From Podospora anserina (Eukaryota): DNA of 64,000 nucleotides. The notes below the pieces were generated by a model. It saw only the letters and a program-made list of their open reading frames with translations, did no database searches and was not told the DNA's origin. Of this stretch, positions 12,901 to 24,221 are shown piece after piece; positions within the stretch are counted from its first letter, which is position 1, and every line of letters starts with the position of its first letter. The DNA is taken from positions 744,001-808,000 of the forward strand of contig JAFMPO010000001.1 in assembly GCA_017654855.1 (NCBI GenBank). Direction: 5' to 3'. The position numbers and the translations under genes were made by a program.

Positions 12901-14516
12901 CTCAGCCTCATGGACGCCAGGATCGCAACATTGAAAATGCCCCGTCCCAGCCTCGCCAGGATCGGAATATCGACAATGCGCCATCACAGCCCCGCTCGGA
13001 CCGCAATGCTGAGCGCGATGACAGAACGGCGGGGTCTAGGGATGCTTCATTTGGTGGCCCGCCGCGCTCGGATCCGGACCATGGTAGATTGAACCAGCAG
13101 GATCCCAACTACGGCCGGCTCCAACCCATCCAGTCGGTGGTTGACATGCCTACCGGAGCTCCCCCGTCCGGACCCAGAGGTAGAGGTGGTAGGAACACAA
13201 ACAGAATGGGTCCTGCCAACGGGGTGTCTATGCGTCCCGATACTAGGCCTTCTGTGCCCGAGTCAGTTCGCCCCGCGTCGCCTGAGCGTCAAGTGCCTAC
13301 TGGGCCCGCGGCAGGCCGGCAGCGGCAGCAACAGCGCGGTAACCAGTTTGAGAAAACCAACTCTCCCACTGTTCCTACAGCGCCTGCGGCAGGTGTTCAT
13401 CCAGATAGAATGCGGCATATCAACAATCAGCAAGCGCCCAGCGCACCCTCCCCGCCTCCTGGACCACCCACTGGCCCGTCTGGTATCCACCCAGATCGTC
13501 TGAACCAGATCTCGGGTACTCCTTCCGGCACCGCATCTCACTCAAGGCCACCGATCAACACACCTGATCGGCCATCCATGTCGGCACCGAACACGGGGTC
13601 AAGGCAGGCACCTCCACCCCTGAACACGGACTTTGCCACGCCTACCGGCCCAGCAGCGTCTAACGACCGCATGAGGTCCGGTGGGAGACAGCTTAGGAAC
13701 ATCCAAAACATGATTGACAAGACGTCTATGGAGAACAACCGCGGTCCTGGACTGCGGATGAGTCGCTCTCGTCCTAACTTGGCGGGTTCAGACGCGCAGA
13801 TTCTCGCTGGCTCTTCTCCTGTCACGACTCCTGTTCAGGAACGCCCCGAGCCATTCCCGCGGGATTCTGGGCGCCGTGATGTGAATGTCGACCGTGCTCC
13901 AGCTGCACCTGTTCCTATTCAAGTGGTAGGAGACAGCCGGTCGAATGGAGACGACTATGGATCAAGCCGTAACGAGCACGACAGAAGTCGCCGGGAACAT
14001 AGAAGTGATCGCAGCAACCGGCCATCTAGGACTAGCAGTCGAGAGCGCAATCCCGACCGTGACCGCGACGCCAAGGAGCCACGGGACTACAACCACAGGC
14101 GATCAGGCGTTTCTTCATCCGGCGCGAGTGCTGGCCGTGATGATAGGGATCCGAATGCTCCCCGCCGCTCCGGCCGTGAATCTCTTCCGGGTGGTGGGGG
14201 AAGGGACATGCCGCCAGCTGGACCGCGCGAGCCTACTCATCGTGGCAGCAATCGCAGTGATGGCAATGCTGGTCCACGGAGCGATGCGGTACAGCTTGGA
14301 AGGAATGATGGGCATGGTGGTGGTGGTCAGGACTACGGCTCCGGTCGGACAGGCCCTCCACGCGGAGGCATGCCGCAGCCCAGGGACTCAAGAGGGCCTC
14401 CCAGGCAGCCCAGCGACCAGCATGGTGATGGAAGGAATGGGGAGAATGATAGGAAGCGGAGGAGCGAAGGGTTGGACTCTGGGAATCATCAGGACAAGCG
14501 GCCACGTCGGAGTTAG
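6933..14516 (+). CDS. THO2: THO complex subunit 2 (Tho2/Rlr1); probable in-frame intron 11529-11582 (~2509 aa)
   Basis: Motifs LLYRQASYNLLREETEGFSKL, LIGTFDLNPGRVLDITLD, QIESYSNFI and EWMHIRNAITVL, plus a long R/D/P-rich disordered tail. First ATG is at 6933; the intron reads GTAAGT...CTAAC...CAG. Confidence 0.93.
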   Translation: MMGQQRKRKDRVPPDSGSSRPSPHRPQDTSLGQHDRSFDGGNRNNRAGAGGGGGGNRNLRRDNRRDSSQSHIAPPPSSSAPASISPTMARPSSASSQTPLPPLTTTVTPTPAPQSAPPSPILVDEDYTIVTDDCISRWSKGARQQIIEHGVQSREDEDLTEVASIFQELVWSVNTGRLRGADAGGVVREILGPEPSEEEREAGAFDPHTLFLDTVGSYSDTQTDSVRQQFQDFMMASGVSLSLMRVDLDPSVLAPLELVRDTFFRMSIRTSTNLLYRQASYNLLREETEGFSKLVTEIFTTCSNEPASSEVVQDTFNKVMGLIGTFDLNPGRVLDITLDVFAAILVKQFRFFIKFLRFSSWWPRSQLTLPTDTYVGGLPLWAHPDHESPFNSEEEDAMAAAQRLQRDIAFWERARQVKLDAFFELGGRQLTAADEERLANGTAAKNAESEIEQEWIRITRTLPPCGNRDAAQMLGFKLRFYTSDARDPEDTLPANLLYLTALLIKVGFISLTDIWNFIWPRDEEMEETRTEKMKELEEKERANRPGAAKNALMMAGALPDEGPSGQPINSSRRDAASNKADTEMKGADSTEDKPKLPKPQDQKLHLLHCLLIIGALPEALFMIGRHDWVLEADPETVTLLHRILRHSIDVVYNQSRPTAAASTDCPPKAMPDMDQSGVTKGSIRVSTAPPKRPLKWPHVDKNDHDGSNYRFYWDEWADNVPVCQTVDDLFTLFDTLMNVVGVNIGLDADLMAKLSSIGTKSLADDQSPENVSRWLDILKRLLVPALSLGETNTSVADSVWNLLKQYPISIRYNIYAEWYQGSISRLEPIRKAFAKTRLETLSILKRLSLTNIPEMAKSLAKIAYPSPGIVCKVSLSQIESYSNFIEAFVECTKYFTDLGYDVLVWSVLSSLGGQQRSRTQEDSVLLTSRWLQALSKFSGRVFQRYANVDSSPILRYVHNQLLQGNSTDLVILKELVVSMGGVVSDLDFTDAQLHAMTGGELLRRETLINLGDKRAASTRSAERLMRALTSSKLAGQLLINIAQYRQNAIYAEEGGAHIKYLATVVDDTHQILLQYLDLLKSNLDAVTFNNLVPDILQLMRDFGLEANLAFLIRRSSIRWEVKGSANSTELAKVAADGDGDVAMDSADENGASGSDGAENGSPKTPENRVPESLAEALAPLIEEIPSVLPQQDWRYISPSFYVFFWSLHLGNLLFPQESYQVENSRLIKQAEEVMRDRTDMTRHGMNKKTQKRNEILDRQKLLLKEMNEGLTRFSKARVHLGRQVDSWFPAPITKADAASDALLEECILPRLHLSPLDAEYCFRLVKFLHEFSTSNFKLMSLYDRLFNHNRLRAIIFTCTVREAEHVGRFLKLILGDLSKWHGDKNAYEKEALGLKEVSKTRQYLGFATAFDADGKPTEFVEHDAFKDLLFKWHKELNTALRSCLNGMEWMHIRNAITVLKSVIDYFPAINFMADKFLEQLKTITEREAASKNASESAMGHRVDLSVTAQTAYSELQKRKSKWILVQAFRPGAVSGHSSVITRPTLTICTQKGDSTPTPGLRGSAAEFKPAGSRAHQAEVEDGEVTKDGAGKKKSDSRARDEKHILPKPPPPREPLRESNGPGQRVGPANGPSGKPNSSRSNPTGPASSGGRPERHERHERPERPEPPKFSTLPPVGHGLPNKPDLPARPEPAFPRGANDRFGATRHDRREPPARDARDFSRDSRDSRDSRELREARDSRDAHPAHPPLPSHPSHARDARDPRDPHGPREARDFRAPEVPRSERPRDFSSDRRATDAGPRDPARASERDWSTRSELPPRWNEHGAPADRDARGPRDRAPHASGRHDQRGPREPPVGQSPQTSSASNASQDPPTHPDRARAIADADRPDIINPARAALINDSRDAPPRSGHRDQLRDRPGRTESPRRTDHSAANAAQPDNSRDERHGRHRHSDHHNTSREGRPDSLPSHPRQDRTQDHGSSHSRPDRNTDHTQPHGRQDRNIENAPSQPRQDRNIDNAPSQPRSDRNAERDDRTAGSRDASFGGPPRSDPDHGRLNQQDPNYGRLQPIQSVVDMPTGAPPSGPRGRGGRNTNRMGPANGVSMRPDTRPSVPESVRPASPERQVPTGPAAGRQRQQQRGNQFEKTNSPTVPTAPAAGVHPDRMRHINNQQAPSAPSPPPGPPTGPSGIHPDRLNQISGTPSGTASHSRPPINTPDRPSMSAPNTGSRQAPPPLNTDFATPTGPAASNDRMRSGGRQLRNIQNMIDKTSMENNRGPGLRMSRSRPNLAGSDAQILAGSSPVTTPVQERPEPFPRDSGRRDVNVDRAPAAPVPIQVVGDSRSNGDDYGSSRNEHDRSRREHRSDRSNRPSRTSSRERNPDRDRDAKEPRDYNHRRSGVSSSGASAGRDDRDPNAPRRSGRESLPGGGGRDMPPAGPREPTHRGSNRSDGNAGPRSDAVQLGRNDGHGGGGQDYGSGRTGPPRGGMPQPRDSRGPPRQPSDQHGDGRNGENDRKRRSEGLDSGNHQDKRPRRS
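12830..13020 (+). repeat. Coding tandem repeat in the THO2 tail (~39 bp / 13 aa unit, QPRQDRNIxNAPS-like)
   Basis: The translation reads HPRQDRTQD...HGRQDRNIENAPS QPRQDRNIDNAPS QPRSDRNAE. Confidence 0.7.
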
Positions 14517-17500
14517 CAACACAGGTATGGTCAAGGTCCGAACGATAGGAGGATTCAGTGAGGTGGTCAAAGAAATTTAACGGGGTTGGTTATGGAGGAA
14601 TTTGTGAAGGGGGAAGAAGAAGAAGAAGATTTGACCAAGGAAGAAAAAGTGAGGATTTTTGTGTTGGGACGGGATCATGAATGGTCATTGGTCATCACAT
14701 CATATTTTCATCTGGTCAGTCGACGTCTACTCCATACCATTTTTTGTGATTTGGAAGGAAGGAAAGAATGGTTGTTTTCTTTTATACCGGACGGACTCGA
14801 CCTTCTTCGACAGCGAAATTGTTTCATTGAATGTTTTATTACCTACCTACTACCTACCTACCTTTTTTCCCAACGACCAGAAAAAGTCAGACGAGATTGC
14901 GAAAGCGAGAGAGGAAAGGCAGGGGAGAAATTATAATTGTACCAACATCAAACCAAAACCAAAACCCTTGTGCCCCCCCCCCCCCTCCCCGAAACCTACG
15001 AACCTACGTGTGCGATGCGATACAGGAAAAGTTACGACTGCGTCTTCTCTACTACTTTACGATTTTGAGATACCCGGTGACAGAGTTGCCATTACTATTC
15101 TTGTTTATATATTTGTATTTGTTTGCTAGAGCGCTATGCATTGGTAGACACGAATATTCGGTAGATATGCTATCCCCAACACATGAAAAAGGGGTATAGG
15201 CGTTTAAAAATCTCGATATGATGGGAAGTGTTTGTGGAAAATTTAAGTTGGGAGGACGGGTCAAGGTTGAGGGATATAGCGTGTTTTGTTTCAGTAGGGA
15301 TTTGGTAAGGGGAGCTCTTGCTTGATCAGGTAGCGTCTGGGGAATAAAAGAGGAGTTTACGAGTAGATCATTTGTATTTGTGAGGAGTATCAAAGGTGTC
15401 TAGAATCGTGTCAGCGGAATGACCAGGCTTGCTGGTTATTGCGGCAGGCGAGGGAGGTGGGAGATCTGAGCTTGATGACAGATCTCGAGTGGCTCTTGAA
15501 GACTTGGTGATTGATGAAGTCGGAAGATGGAGTGAGGTAATGTGTTATTGTGGTAATATGGTAGTGTGTTAATGTGGTAAAGGGGTGATGTGATGTTGTG
15601 TTAATGTGCTAATGTGCTAATGTGCAAAAGTGGCATTGTGTCAAAGGGAAAGCAAAACAGAGACAGTGTACGAAGCTTTAGAAGCCGCTCTGGGACGGCT
15701 GGAATTGTTGGATTTTGTTTGGTATTACAGCAGACTCTGGCATGTCTGATAATCTCAGAACTGGCGATGCCGTTGCTGGCATTGCCGTCTGTCAGTGAAC
15801 ACACTACCCAAGAAGTCCTGTGCTGCCATCGCCCCTTCCACTCTAGAGTACCTTCTCCTTATACCATCGCTCCTTACCAATCTGTCAGTATTTGTCCATT
15901 TCATCGTTCTTTCCCAACCACGTCACCCCTGCCCATCTTGACTCCTCCTTCCTCCCCGGAGAGGTATTGCACGTGTCTGACAGAAGGCACGCTCCTTCCA
16001 ATTTGCCCCAAGGTAGGAACTCCCTACCCCTTGCTCTGTTTTTGCACTTTCCTTCTTAACCAACACTTGATGCGGCTCTTGACACCTTACGTCTGGCCAC
16101 AGCCTTCTCACGATAATTCCTCATCCTTACCCTCAGCTCTCGACCTCACCCAAGCCTCCAAGCCTCCAAGCATCGGACCGCGCACCTTGCCTTCCCCACG
16201 TTTTCCCTCCCGCAATAACGCCAACCATTCTTCTCTCTCCAACATGTCCAGCAAATCCTATTTCCCCGGTGTGTGCGCGGTGTGTGCCCAGTTAAAATGG
16301 CATGCGCCAACACTGCATTAATGCCCTACTTTCCCATACATGCGGAACATGCAAAACTGGCAAACACACCTGCCAACCGCTCAATACATGCAGCCCCCTT
16401 CCCGACGGCCCGCGTCCGCCTACATATCTGGTCTTTGCCACAGTTTACTGCTGAGTCTAGAACTGCTGAGCGATCTGTGTCAATCGCAGCGCATTTCATC
16501 CTATAATCGTGAAGACTATGACGGCAGGAGTACAGTCATCCATCATGGACGTCACCGCCACCATGATTGACAGTCACACAAGCCCTACGAGGTAGGAAGC
16601 TATTGCGCTAGGCATCTCCGGCCTCATCAATCTTTCGGCTCATGAACTGCACCGGGAGACTGAGTGCGAGACCTAATGAATGTATTGAAGCGGCGTAGGC
16701 CCACCACATGGAACACTCGGATTGCTTCCCCATGTCTTTGCGGGCTCAGCCGTTGTGACACCGGACAGTGAGTGAGAGGCTATGTGTAAGCCTGCAGGAC
16801 CTCTTCCACATATCCTCAATGCGGCCGGTTTTTGTTTCTTCGAGCCTCGACTCCCGCATCATCGTGAGGTGCTGTCCATCGATTGTTGGCTGAACCAACA
16901 CACATCCAATCCAACAAGCCAATTCAGTTTCCAACGTGGACGAGAGGGGGAAAAAGGGGCAATAATGTCATGTGAACCTCCCCCCCTCCCTTGCATCAAC
17001 AGCACTTTTTGAACACGTCACGACGCAGCTTTCACAGACGTGGGAGGAAATGTGTGCGCGGGTAGACTCCCCGGTCTATGAGATAGATGATGATGGCTTT
17101 GGTGAGGGAAATGGGTATTACCCCTTCAAAACTCCAAGTCTGCAACTTACCACCCTCCCGCTCCTGCAGTGGCACATGCCACACCAACATTGACTCGTCC
17201 ACCATTGCTCTTTGGCAGAGAGAACAATGGGGGTTGAAAAGAAAAACTGAGAGTTTGCTGACCTCTCTTTCTTTCTTGTTTCTCTCAGATCGCACATAGC
17301 ATGGTTGGCCCATGGTTCATGCTGTGTCACCACCCCTCAAGCTTACCACTCCTACACCCTCAAGTTCGACTCGAATTGACCGGATATGATGGGAATGGGG
17401 CACTTAATGTCCGTTCCGGTTTTCGGTGAGTGTTGCCGTCTAGGTCGTGGGGGCAATCAATATGAAGAAGGCTCGCAAACTGTAAGGAAAACAAAAACAC

Positions 17501-20500
17501 AAAACGGTAGATGACAAAGAACATAGCCACACATGCACGTCTAGAAACGCCAATATAACACTCTGATTTCATTTTTTTGTAGATCTTATTTACTTTGTAA
17601 TCTGAGTAAGCTGTCATACTCGGTTAGGAGACAGGTCAATCACCCAGATTCCTATCCATCAAGTTCGAAAATTCCCATGTTCACAGATCTCGATCAGAGA
17701 CACTTTTGGCGAAACTCTATGAGCAAGTGGCACCCTTTCGCACCGAGTCCCGACGACACAATGGTATGACCTTGAGGGACATAGACAGACAATGTGGCGT
17801 TGATCCCCCCATCATAGCTAACCTCCTCCTCGATCGCCACGGGATGGAGGGACTGGTATACCGTCGAACGGGCGACAAAAAGGTGCAAGGTTTCATCAGC
17901 CTACCTAGCCAGTCCAGTTGGGTGCGAAGAGATGTCTCCCCTCCCGGATTACACACGACTCGAACGAATCGGCATCTTCCAAAACCCATCAACCGGCAAA
18001 TTCCCCTCCCTCAAAACCCAATGAGATAAGTAGCGCATGCAGCCGCAACCCTCTCCTCATGGTTCGACAATCCCCCCCGTATAAGCCACTTGTATCCTTG
18101 GCTGTCTGATGCGATCGCGATTGTACCCCAATGGAGGAGAAGCAAAAAGGCAACGTTGAACAGAAGGGTAGCACGCAAAAACTTCGAGAGGGTGCGATTC
18201 TTCGAGATTCCGAGTTTTTCCCTCGAGGCCCACGAGGCAGTTCTTCAAAGGTCCTCAGTGACAAAAGGAAAACCTTGCATCGAGCGAGGCATAGGAGACT
18301 TCCACGAATCATGTCGTGCCAGCGACCACCTGCATTCATTGGCCGGCAGACAACCATTTATCGAAACCCAACCCACACCTTTCGGCCTCGAGAAGAACAA
18401 GAGTGAGAAGGGCGCGCTTACGCTTCGCTCACGTGTTGGCGCATACAAAAGTCTTATGAACAAACAGCACCGAGGTGTGGTAGTTGTGAAGTGAAAGGTG
18501 TAAGATATGTCATGTATCTCCCTGCGCGAGGTAAGGTATGCAACCTTGACAGGATCATGTGTTGGAGAACCATTGGCCAATAGTCTTTGGCAGCCGCAGA
18601 CGGGAAAGAGGTGGTAAAAAAGTTGCAGCTACTTGCAGGTGCTTGATAACGGCTCATGACATGTTGACAGGAATCAATATGTCTGTAGCCGCCAGAGGTT
18701 GGACAAAAAAGCCTCGAGAAACTCCATGACAGGAGGGTCCCATGCCCCATGCCGTCTTCTCGCCCTTGTCGCACCTTTAATAGTCAAGACAACTACCTCG
18801 CCTCGCAAGCGACAATGACTTTCCGTGATGACCCGCTGCCAGAACGGTCCAGGCTCGGATATCTAGGTGGGCATTGGAAGGAATACCCAAAGCGATCAAC
18901 CGTGAGACCTGTCATTGGGCATGAGTACCAATTGCGTCAGATGCGTCACAAGCAGCAATTCCTCTGTGAACGAGCGGACGGCCAAGTGCGCTGCCACCCG
19001 CAGCTGGCCTCTTGCTGGTGGTACACTTGTACGCGTCTAGGTCATGACCGAGCCATCAAGGAGGCAAATCGCAATGCACAGGATCATCACCTGTCACGCC
19101 GGTCAAGGCTCAGAGAGCCTTTCCAAACCATCGGGTGCGGCATTCGAGGATAACAAGGGCACCATCCGACAACTTGGATGATCACAGACGGTGAAGGAGA
19201 ACAGCCTTCTTTAGACCTCGACAGTCAACGTCAGCTGAGGAGACTGCGCATCAGCTTGTGTGGCAGTACTCTGGGTATGAGGTGACCAGTCCACGGGAGA
19301 TCAGACGAGATCCTCCACACATCCACATGAAATAGCCGCGTTTCCACGGCGGATCAACAGAGACCAGTCTCATACACTTGATCGCCAGGAGCCCCATCCA
19401 AAGCCCTTTCGCGATCTCGCGCGCCTGTCCCCAAACGCCGAGCTACGGTGAAGTCAGGGCAGTTTCTGTATGAGGAAGATATGTGCTCATCACTCCCCCC
19501 CGCCCGTTCCCCCCCCGGCGGGATGACACCGGCAGCAGCCGTGATGGATGGGCATCTGAGACATAGGAAAACCTCCCCGGACAGATTTGATCTGGTCGCC
19601 TTCTTTCACCCCAGATTCAGGCGCCAAAAGCGATCCCTGGGAATCATCAGTCAGCCCGCAGTCCACCTCGCAATGTCAGCATTTTGGGTAGTGTCTCCCC
19701 AGTGATACGGGTCTCTTCGGGCAGCAGGACGACAGAGCGGAGCCATGTTGCGAAAGCCTTGCAAATGAACAGATGAACAGCCCCAGCTCGCGAATGGCAT
19801 CAAGGAAAGAAGCGTTGTCGGCCACGTGCTGGCGTGCTGGGGTTGGTGTTGAGGCCCGATATGTTGACGAATGAACGCTTGACACAAGTCAACATAAAAA
19901 GAATGGCGGACGCTCAATGGTCCTGGCCTGCATAGGGGAACAGTCGCTACTCCATATGCGGAGAATAGCCCACAGCGCCAAGCTCTAAACGGCCATCTCA
20001 AGACTTTGGCCAGTGAGCAGATCTGGACTGAGGTGACTTGGTCGCTGCCAGCTCGTTCAACTCTTTGAAGAGGTTGGGCTCGGCAAACAGACCATCTCAT
20101 GCCATGACATGCTGCCGAGCAAGTAGTCTTCGCCGACCGGAGCATCCACGCTTGTGATGCCGTAACAACCATTCTCCGAGCAACACAACGCACAAGTGAG
20201 CGCGGCACTAGATAGCTGGCCCCTCGTTGTCCTTTGTTGAAGCTGTTGATCTTCCAAACATTCAAGCTTCAGCTTTGGACAAGTCCCACAACAAAACAGT
20301 GGGTGTTCTATCTTTCAGCGGGAGACCGTGCGCTCATTGGCAGCAGATAGCCCAGGTGGGCTGGGCATGGCTTTCCCGAGGCCATTGACGTTCAATTGGA
20401 TGGTGATAGTTGCATCGTTGAGTAAGTGGTGTGTTCATGAGAAATCCGTCGTCGGTGGTTGCAGGCCTTCCCCACGATTTGGTCGCAGCCAATGGGGCCC

Positions 20501-22713
20501 GGATGGCCTATGCAAGCCTCGATTCCCGTCCCCTCACGCGTTGCCCACCCTTTCACCACAGCTTGTGCCTTTGAGCTTGGGACTCAGTATGGTTGGGCTC
20601 CGTCAAAGGTACCGGCGTCGACAGGCGCTTCTGGCGTTTTTTCTTCCCGCTGATGCAGCTGCCACGTACAGCCTGTTGGTGAGGACTGTGGCTGGTGATG
20701 TCCTGCACTCTCTGGTCCTAGGGGACGTCGCCCGTGTTGCCGTGCTCTGTTGTTCAAGGATATCCCAGCAAGGTAGTTTTGAGAATGCCATGATAGCCGC
20801 CATATGCAATTCTCTGATCAGCCAAGCAGATGTCGTTGATAACATTCAGAAATAGGGGTTGTGGTTACGGCGACGTCCACGGCATCGGTTGACTAGAAGA
20901 AACGAGAATGGGACCAGGAAGCTAGCCGGTTTGCTACGAACGCTTCGTTGTCCATGTCCACCATTTGCTGCAAGAATAGGATATCTCGACATGACTGCTG
21001 TGTTGTTGGAATGAAGTGCAATCGAAACGATGCCGTCCTTGTCGACAGTGCAACGCAACGCAGCGTTACCTTGGGCGATGCTGCAGAGACATTACGTCGA
21101 TGACCCGGGATGTCTGCTGCCAACCGCAGCAGGATGACTGATGCTGTCAGGATGGTGGACTTGGAGACATGCAGGATTTGCGTGTGCCAGTATTTCGAAC
21201 GTGCCCGTGACAAAGCCAGCTGATGAACGGTTCGTCGCACATCTTTGTGGTTGTTAGATGAGAGAGGTTGGAAAAAATGCTCCGGCTGTAAAGTAAGGAA
21301 AGAATGTTTCAGCGCAAGAGCAGCAGCTGCCGCTCAAGTCCGAAGAAAGTGTCAGCGTCATCCCATTGAGAATGATCCCTTCCTGCAGTGTCAGGAGGCC
21401 AGAATGTTAGGGGACCCTCCGAGCGTTTGGCACTGTCCCAACAGCCCACGGTAGCTGCATGAGTGGCATGTTCCGGCGTTACCAGTTTGGTGTCTTTTCC
21501 CTACGCCCCCACGTGGACCTCTACCTGGACGGGGGGCATGAGCGACTTTTACGGACTGCATCTACAGATTCGGTACGCAAATTGGAGTTTGGACTGAAGG
21601 GAACTGTCAACCGTCCTCCTCACTCCTCCCACGCACCAAGTACCACATGAGGATTCCCAATGAGGAGATGCTGTGAAAGGTGGACCAATCGCTACCGTGT
21701 GCTTATGGATACTTTCTGGCCAATGACGATGGCGCACCAATCACAACTCACCTGCCACGTCCTGCATCTCTGCAAGTGGCTGGTGATGGTGAAGCACAAA
21801 TGGGCGGATGAGGGCGATGGCATGTACTGCCTCTATGTGCACCTCATCTGCCCGTCTCCGATGACCGCACCATCCTGGCTTGCCTGGGGCACGAAGGGGG
21901 GAAGTCCGTTTTTCCTGAGCGTTCTATGCAGCAGCATTAATGGGGTTGCACCAGGCTCTTTTACATGGTAGGAATTCTTAAAATCACGACGTCCCCATCC
22001 ATCGACCTGAAGTGCTTCTACACTATCTGGGCCCCATATGATCTGTCAACCGCTAGTGAAGCATCCCAAGACACTTCATCCAACGCCGCGACGCATCAAC
22101 GTATCAACGCATCAAGGCATCTCTGCTTCTGCTTCTGCTCCTGCTCCTGCTCCTGCTTGTGCGTCTACATCTGCACAACCCACCTGTTCACTTTTCTGCC
22201 GCCCCGAATCTATTTGTTCGTTCGACCTGTCGAGGATTCAAAGCAACCACGGCACCTCAGCAAAACGCACGACGCCAGCTCCCCGCGTTTAATGCCCGAC
22301 CTAACCTAAGAAGTTACCTGACACCTGCAGACCCTGAACAACGCAGCTGCAACCCTGTCTCTGTAGTTGCAGCCCCCCACTGGCTCGACTCCGGCATACT
22401 ATTCCGGACCCTTTCCAATTCCCAAGGTCTTCAACGGCGCTGAGCTCGCTGCCGCCCAATCCGCCATCCCCTGGATATTGGGTCACTTTCTATAAGACCA
22501 TCCTGAGCCCCCACCGGCCCTCCAAGCTCGGGACCCCCCTTTTCTTCCCCACTTCATCATCAAGAACAGCAACAACAACAGCCATAACTCGGACATCTCG
22601 TCTGAACAAACCCCTCACCTCTTTTCCCCCTCACGCTCTCACCACCCTCCCCACCCCTTCTTCACTCTACTCTCACCACCTTCTCACACACACACCCCTC
22701 ACCATCCTCCAAT

Positions 22714-24221
22714 ATGCCTCCTCCTACTACCCCCAAAAGACAAACACGCTCAAGTCACTCCTCCACCAGCCAGGAATCTCGAAATAGGAGGAGTAACGAC
22801 TCATATGGCTCTAACTCAACTGCGCCCACCTCCCTCTACACCTCGCCCCGTCCCTCTGGCTTGAAGCGCTCCCCCGCATCAACAGGAAGCAGTGGTACGT
22901 CCAGGAGTTACGACTACCGAAACGATGTCAGCCCTACCACTTCCCTCGACTCGCGCTCCTCCGTGGAGACATATGCCTCGACGACAGCTTCATCTGAGGA
23001 TATTGCCACCCTGGACGACAAGTCGTTGGACTACGAGTACAACAGCATCCCGCCGCTTCCCGTGTACCGCCGCGAGCTTGTCGAGCCCAATGTCCGCCCT
23101 TCAACCCCCCAAGACTTCGCCAAACTCTTCCCCTCGCTCAACCGCCTGACAATTCGCCATGATGAGTTTACTTCCGACGGAAACATGAACTTGCGGATCG
23201 ACACAGTGGTGACGGGACGGAGGAGAACGGCCATCCAGCTCTTCCATCTTCGCATGTACGATCTGGCCAAGCGGGAATTCTCGCTTCGTCGGTACTCGAG
23301 GGATTCTGGTCGCGAGGTTTGCAACTCGAAGCGCAAGTACACTGAGCCGGGCGCTCCTTCGAGGCCCCAATCCAGGGATCACGATGAGAGGCCAACGCTG
23401 AAGCGCTCCATGTCGACCGCGATCAAGAACTTGGGTGGTGGAAAACCGGCTCTTCGCCGTGCGAAGTCGGGCATGGCAGCCTTGGGCCGCCCTGGCACGG
23501 GCTACTCAACTTCCGATGCCGATGATGAGATCTTCCACGATCGGAGCAACTTGTCTCGTCTGTCACTCGATCATCACAAGGCCCAGAGGCCGCAGCCTAC
23601 CAACACCATCAAGCTTGAGTTCAGCAACTATGCCCGCGTGGATGTGCATCGTCGGGGCAGCAAGAACAACAAGCGCTACGAATTTGAGTGGTGGGGCCAC
23701 AAGTACAGCTGGAAGCGTCACTTTGACAAGCAGCTGAACTCGGTGTCCTTCCACTTGATCCGAGACGGGAACTCCAGCGCGCCGGTCGCGCATATCGTTC
23801 CCGAGACAAGGTCTCCCAGCCAGGTGCTCGCTGACGAGAACGCTGGTGGCTGGGTGCCTCCTTGCTTCATGTGGATCGCCGATGAGACCATCGTGGATGC
23901 CATCACTGATGTTGCCGAGTAAGCTTTCTTTCCACCTCCTGAATTTTGTACACGGGCAGCTTGCTAACTTGATTCCTCAGTGTCATTATGTCTACCGGGC
24001 TCATGACTCTCGTGGATGACTGCATCAAGGAGCGATGGCAGACCAAGAAGGTCCACCACATTCCCGTTCCCTTGATTCACAAGACGGTCAGCTTTGAGAA
24101 CATCAACCCCAGGGCTATCATGCAGAGCATTTTCGGCCGGCGGCACTCCCACTCAAGTGACCGCCCGCCCTCGGCACCATCGAGCCCTCTGCGATTCGCG
24201 AATCCCGTGCCGGTCTACTAG
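22714..24221 (+). CDS. Conserved filamentous-fungal protein of unknown function; intron 23919-23980 (~481 aa)
   Basis: Strong C-ending codon bias and a Ser-rich N-terminus. Globular segments include IRHDEFTSDGNMNLRIDT, QLFHLRMYDL, EFEWWGHKYSWKR and DVIMSTGLMTLVDDCI, the last joined across a GTAAGC...CTAAC...CAG intron. TATAAG lies at 22491. Confidence 0.85.

Noticed and set aside
14514..14564. Stop-codon readthrough or A-to-I stop-loss at THO2 (TAG CAA) and other genes
   Set aside because: The extensions are short and have no PTS1 or other recognisable signal.
15601..15625. (TAATGTGC)x3 and other microsatellites (CTAC ~14841, CTGCTC ~22123, CAACG ~26604)
   Set aside because: These are ordinary simple repeats with no spacer structure, so not CRISPR-like.
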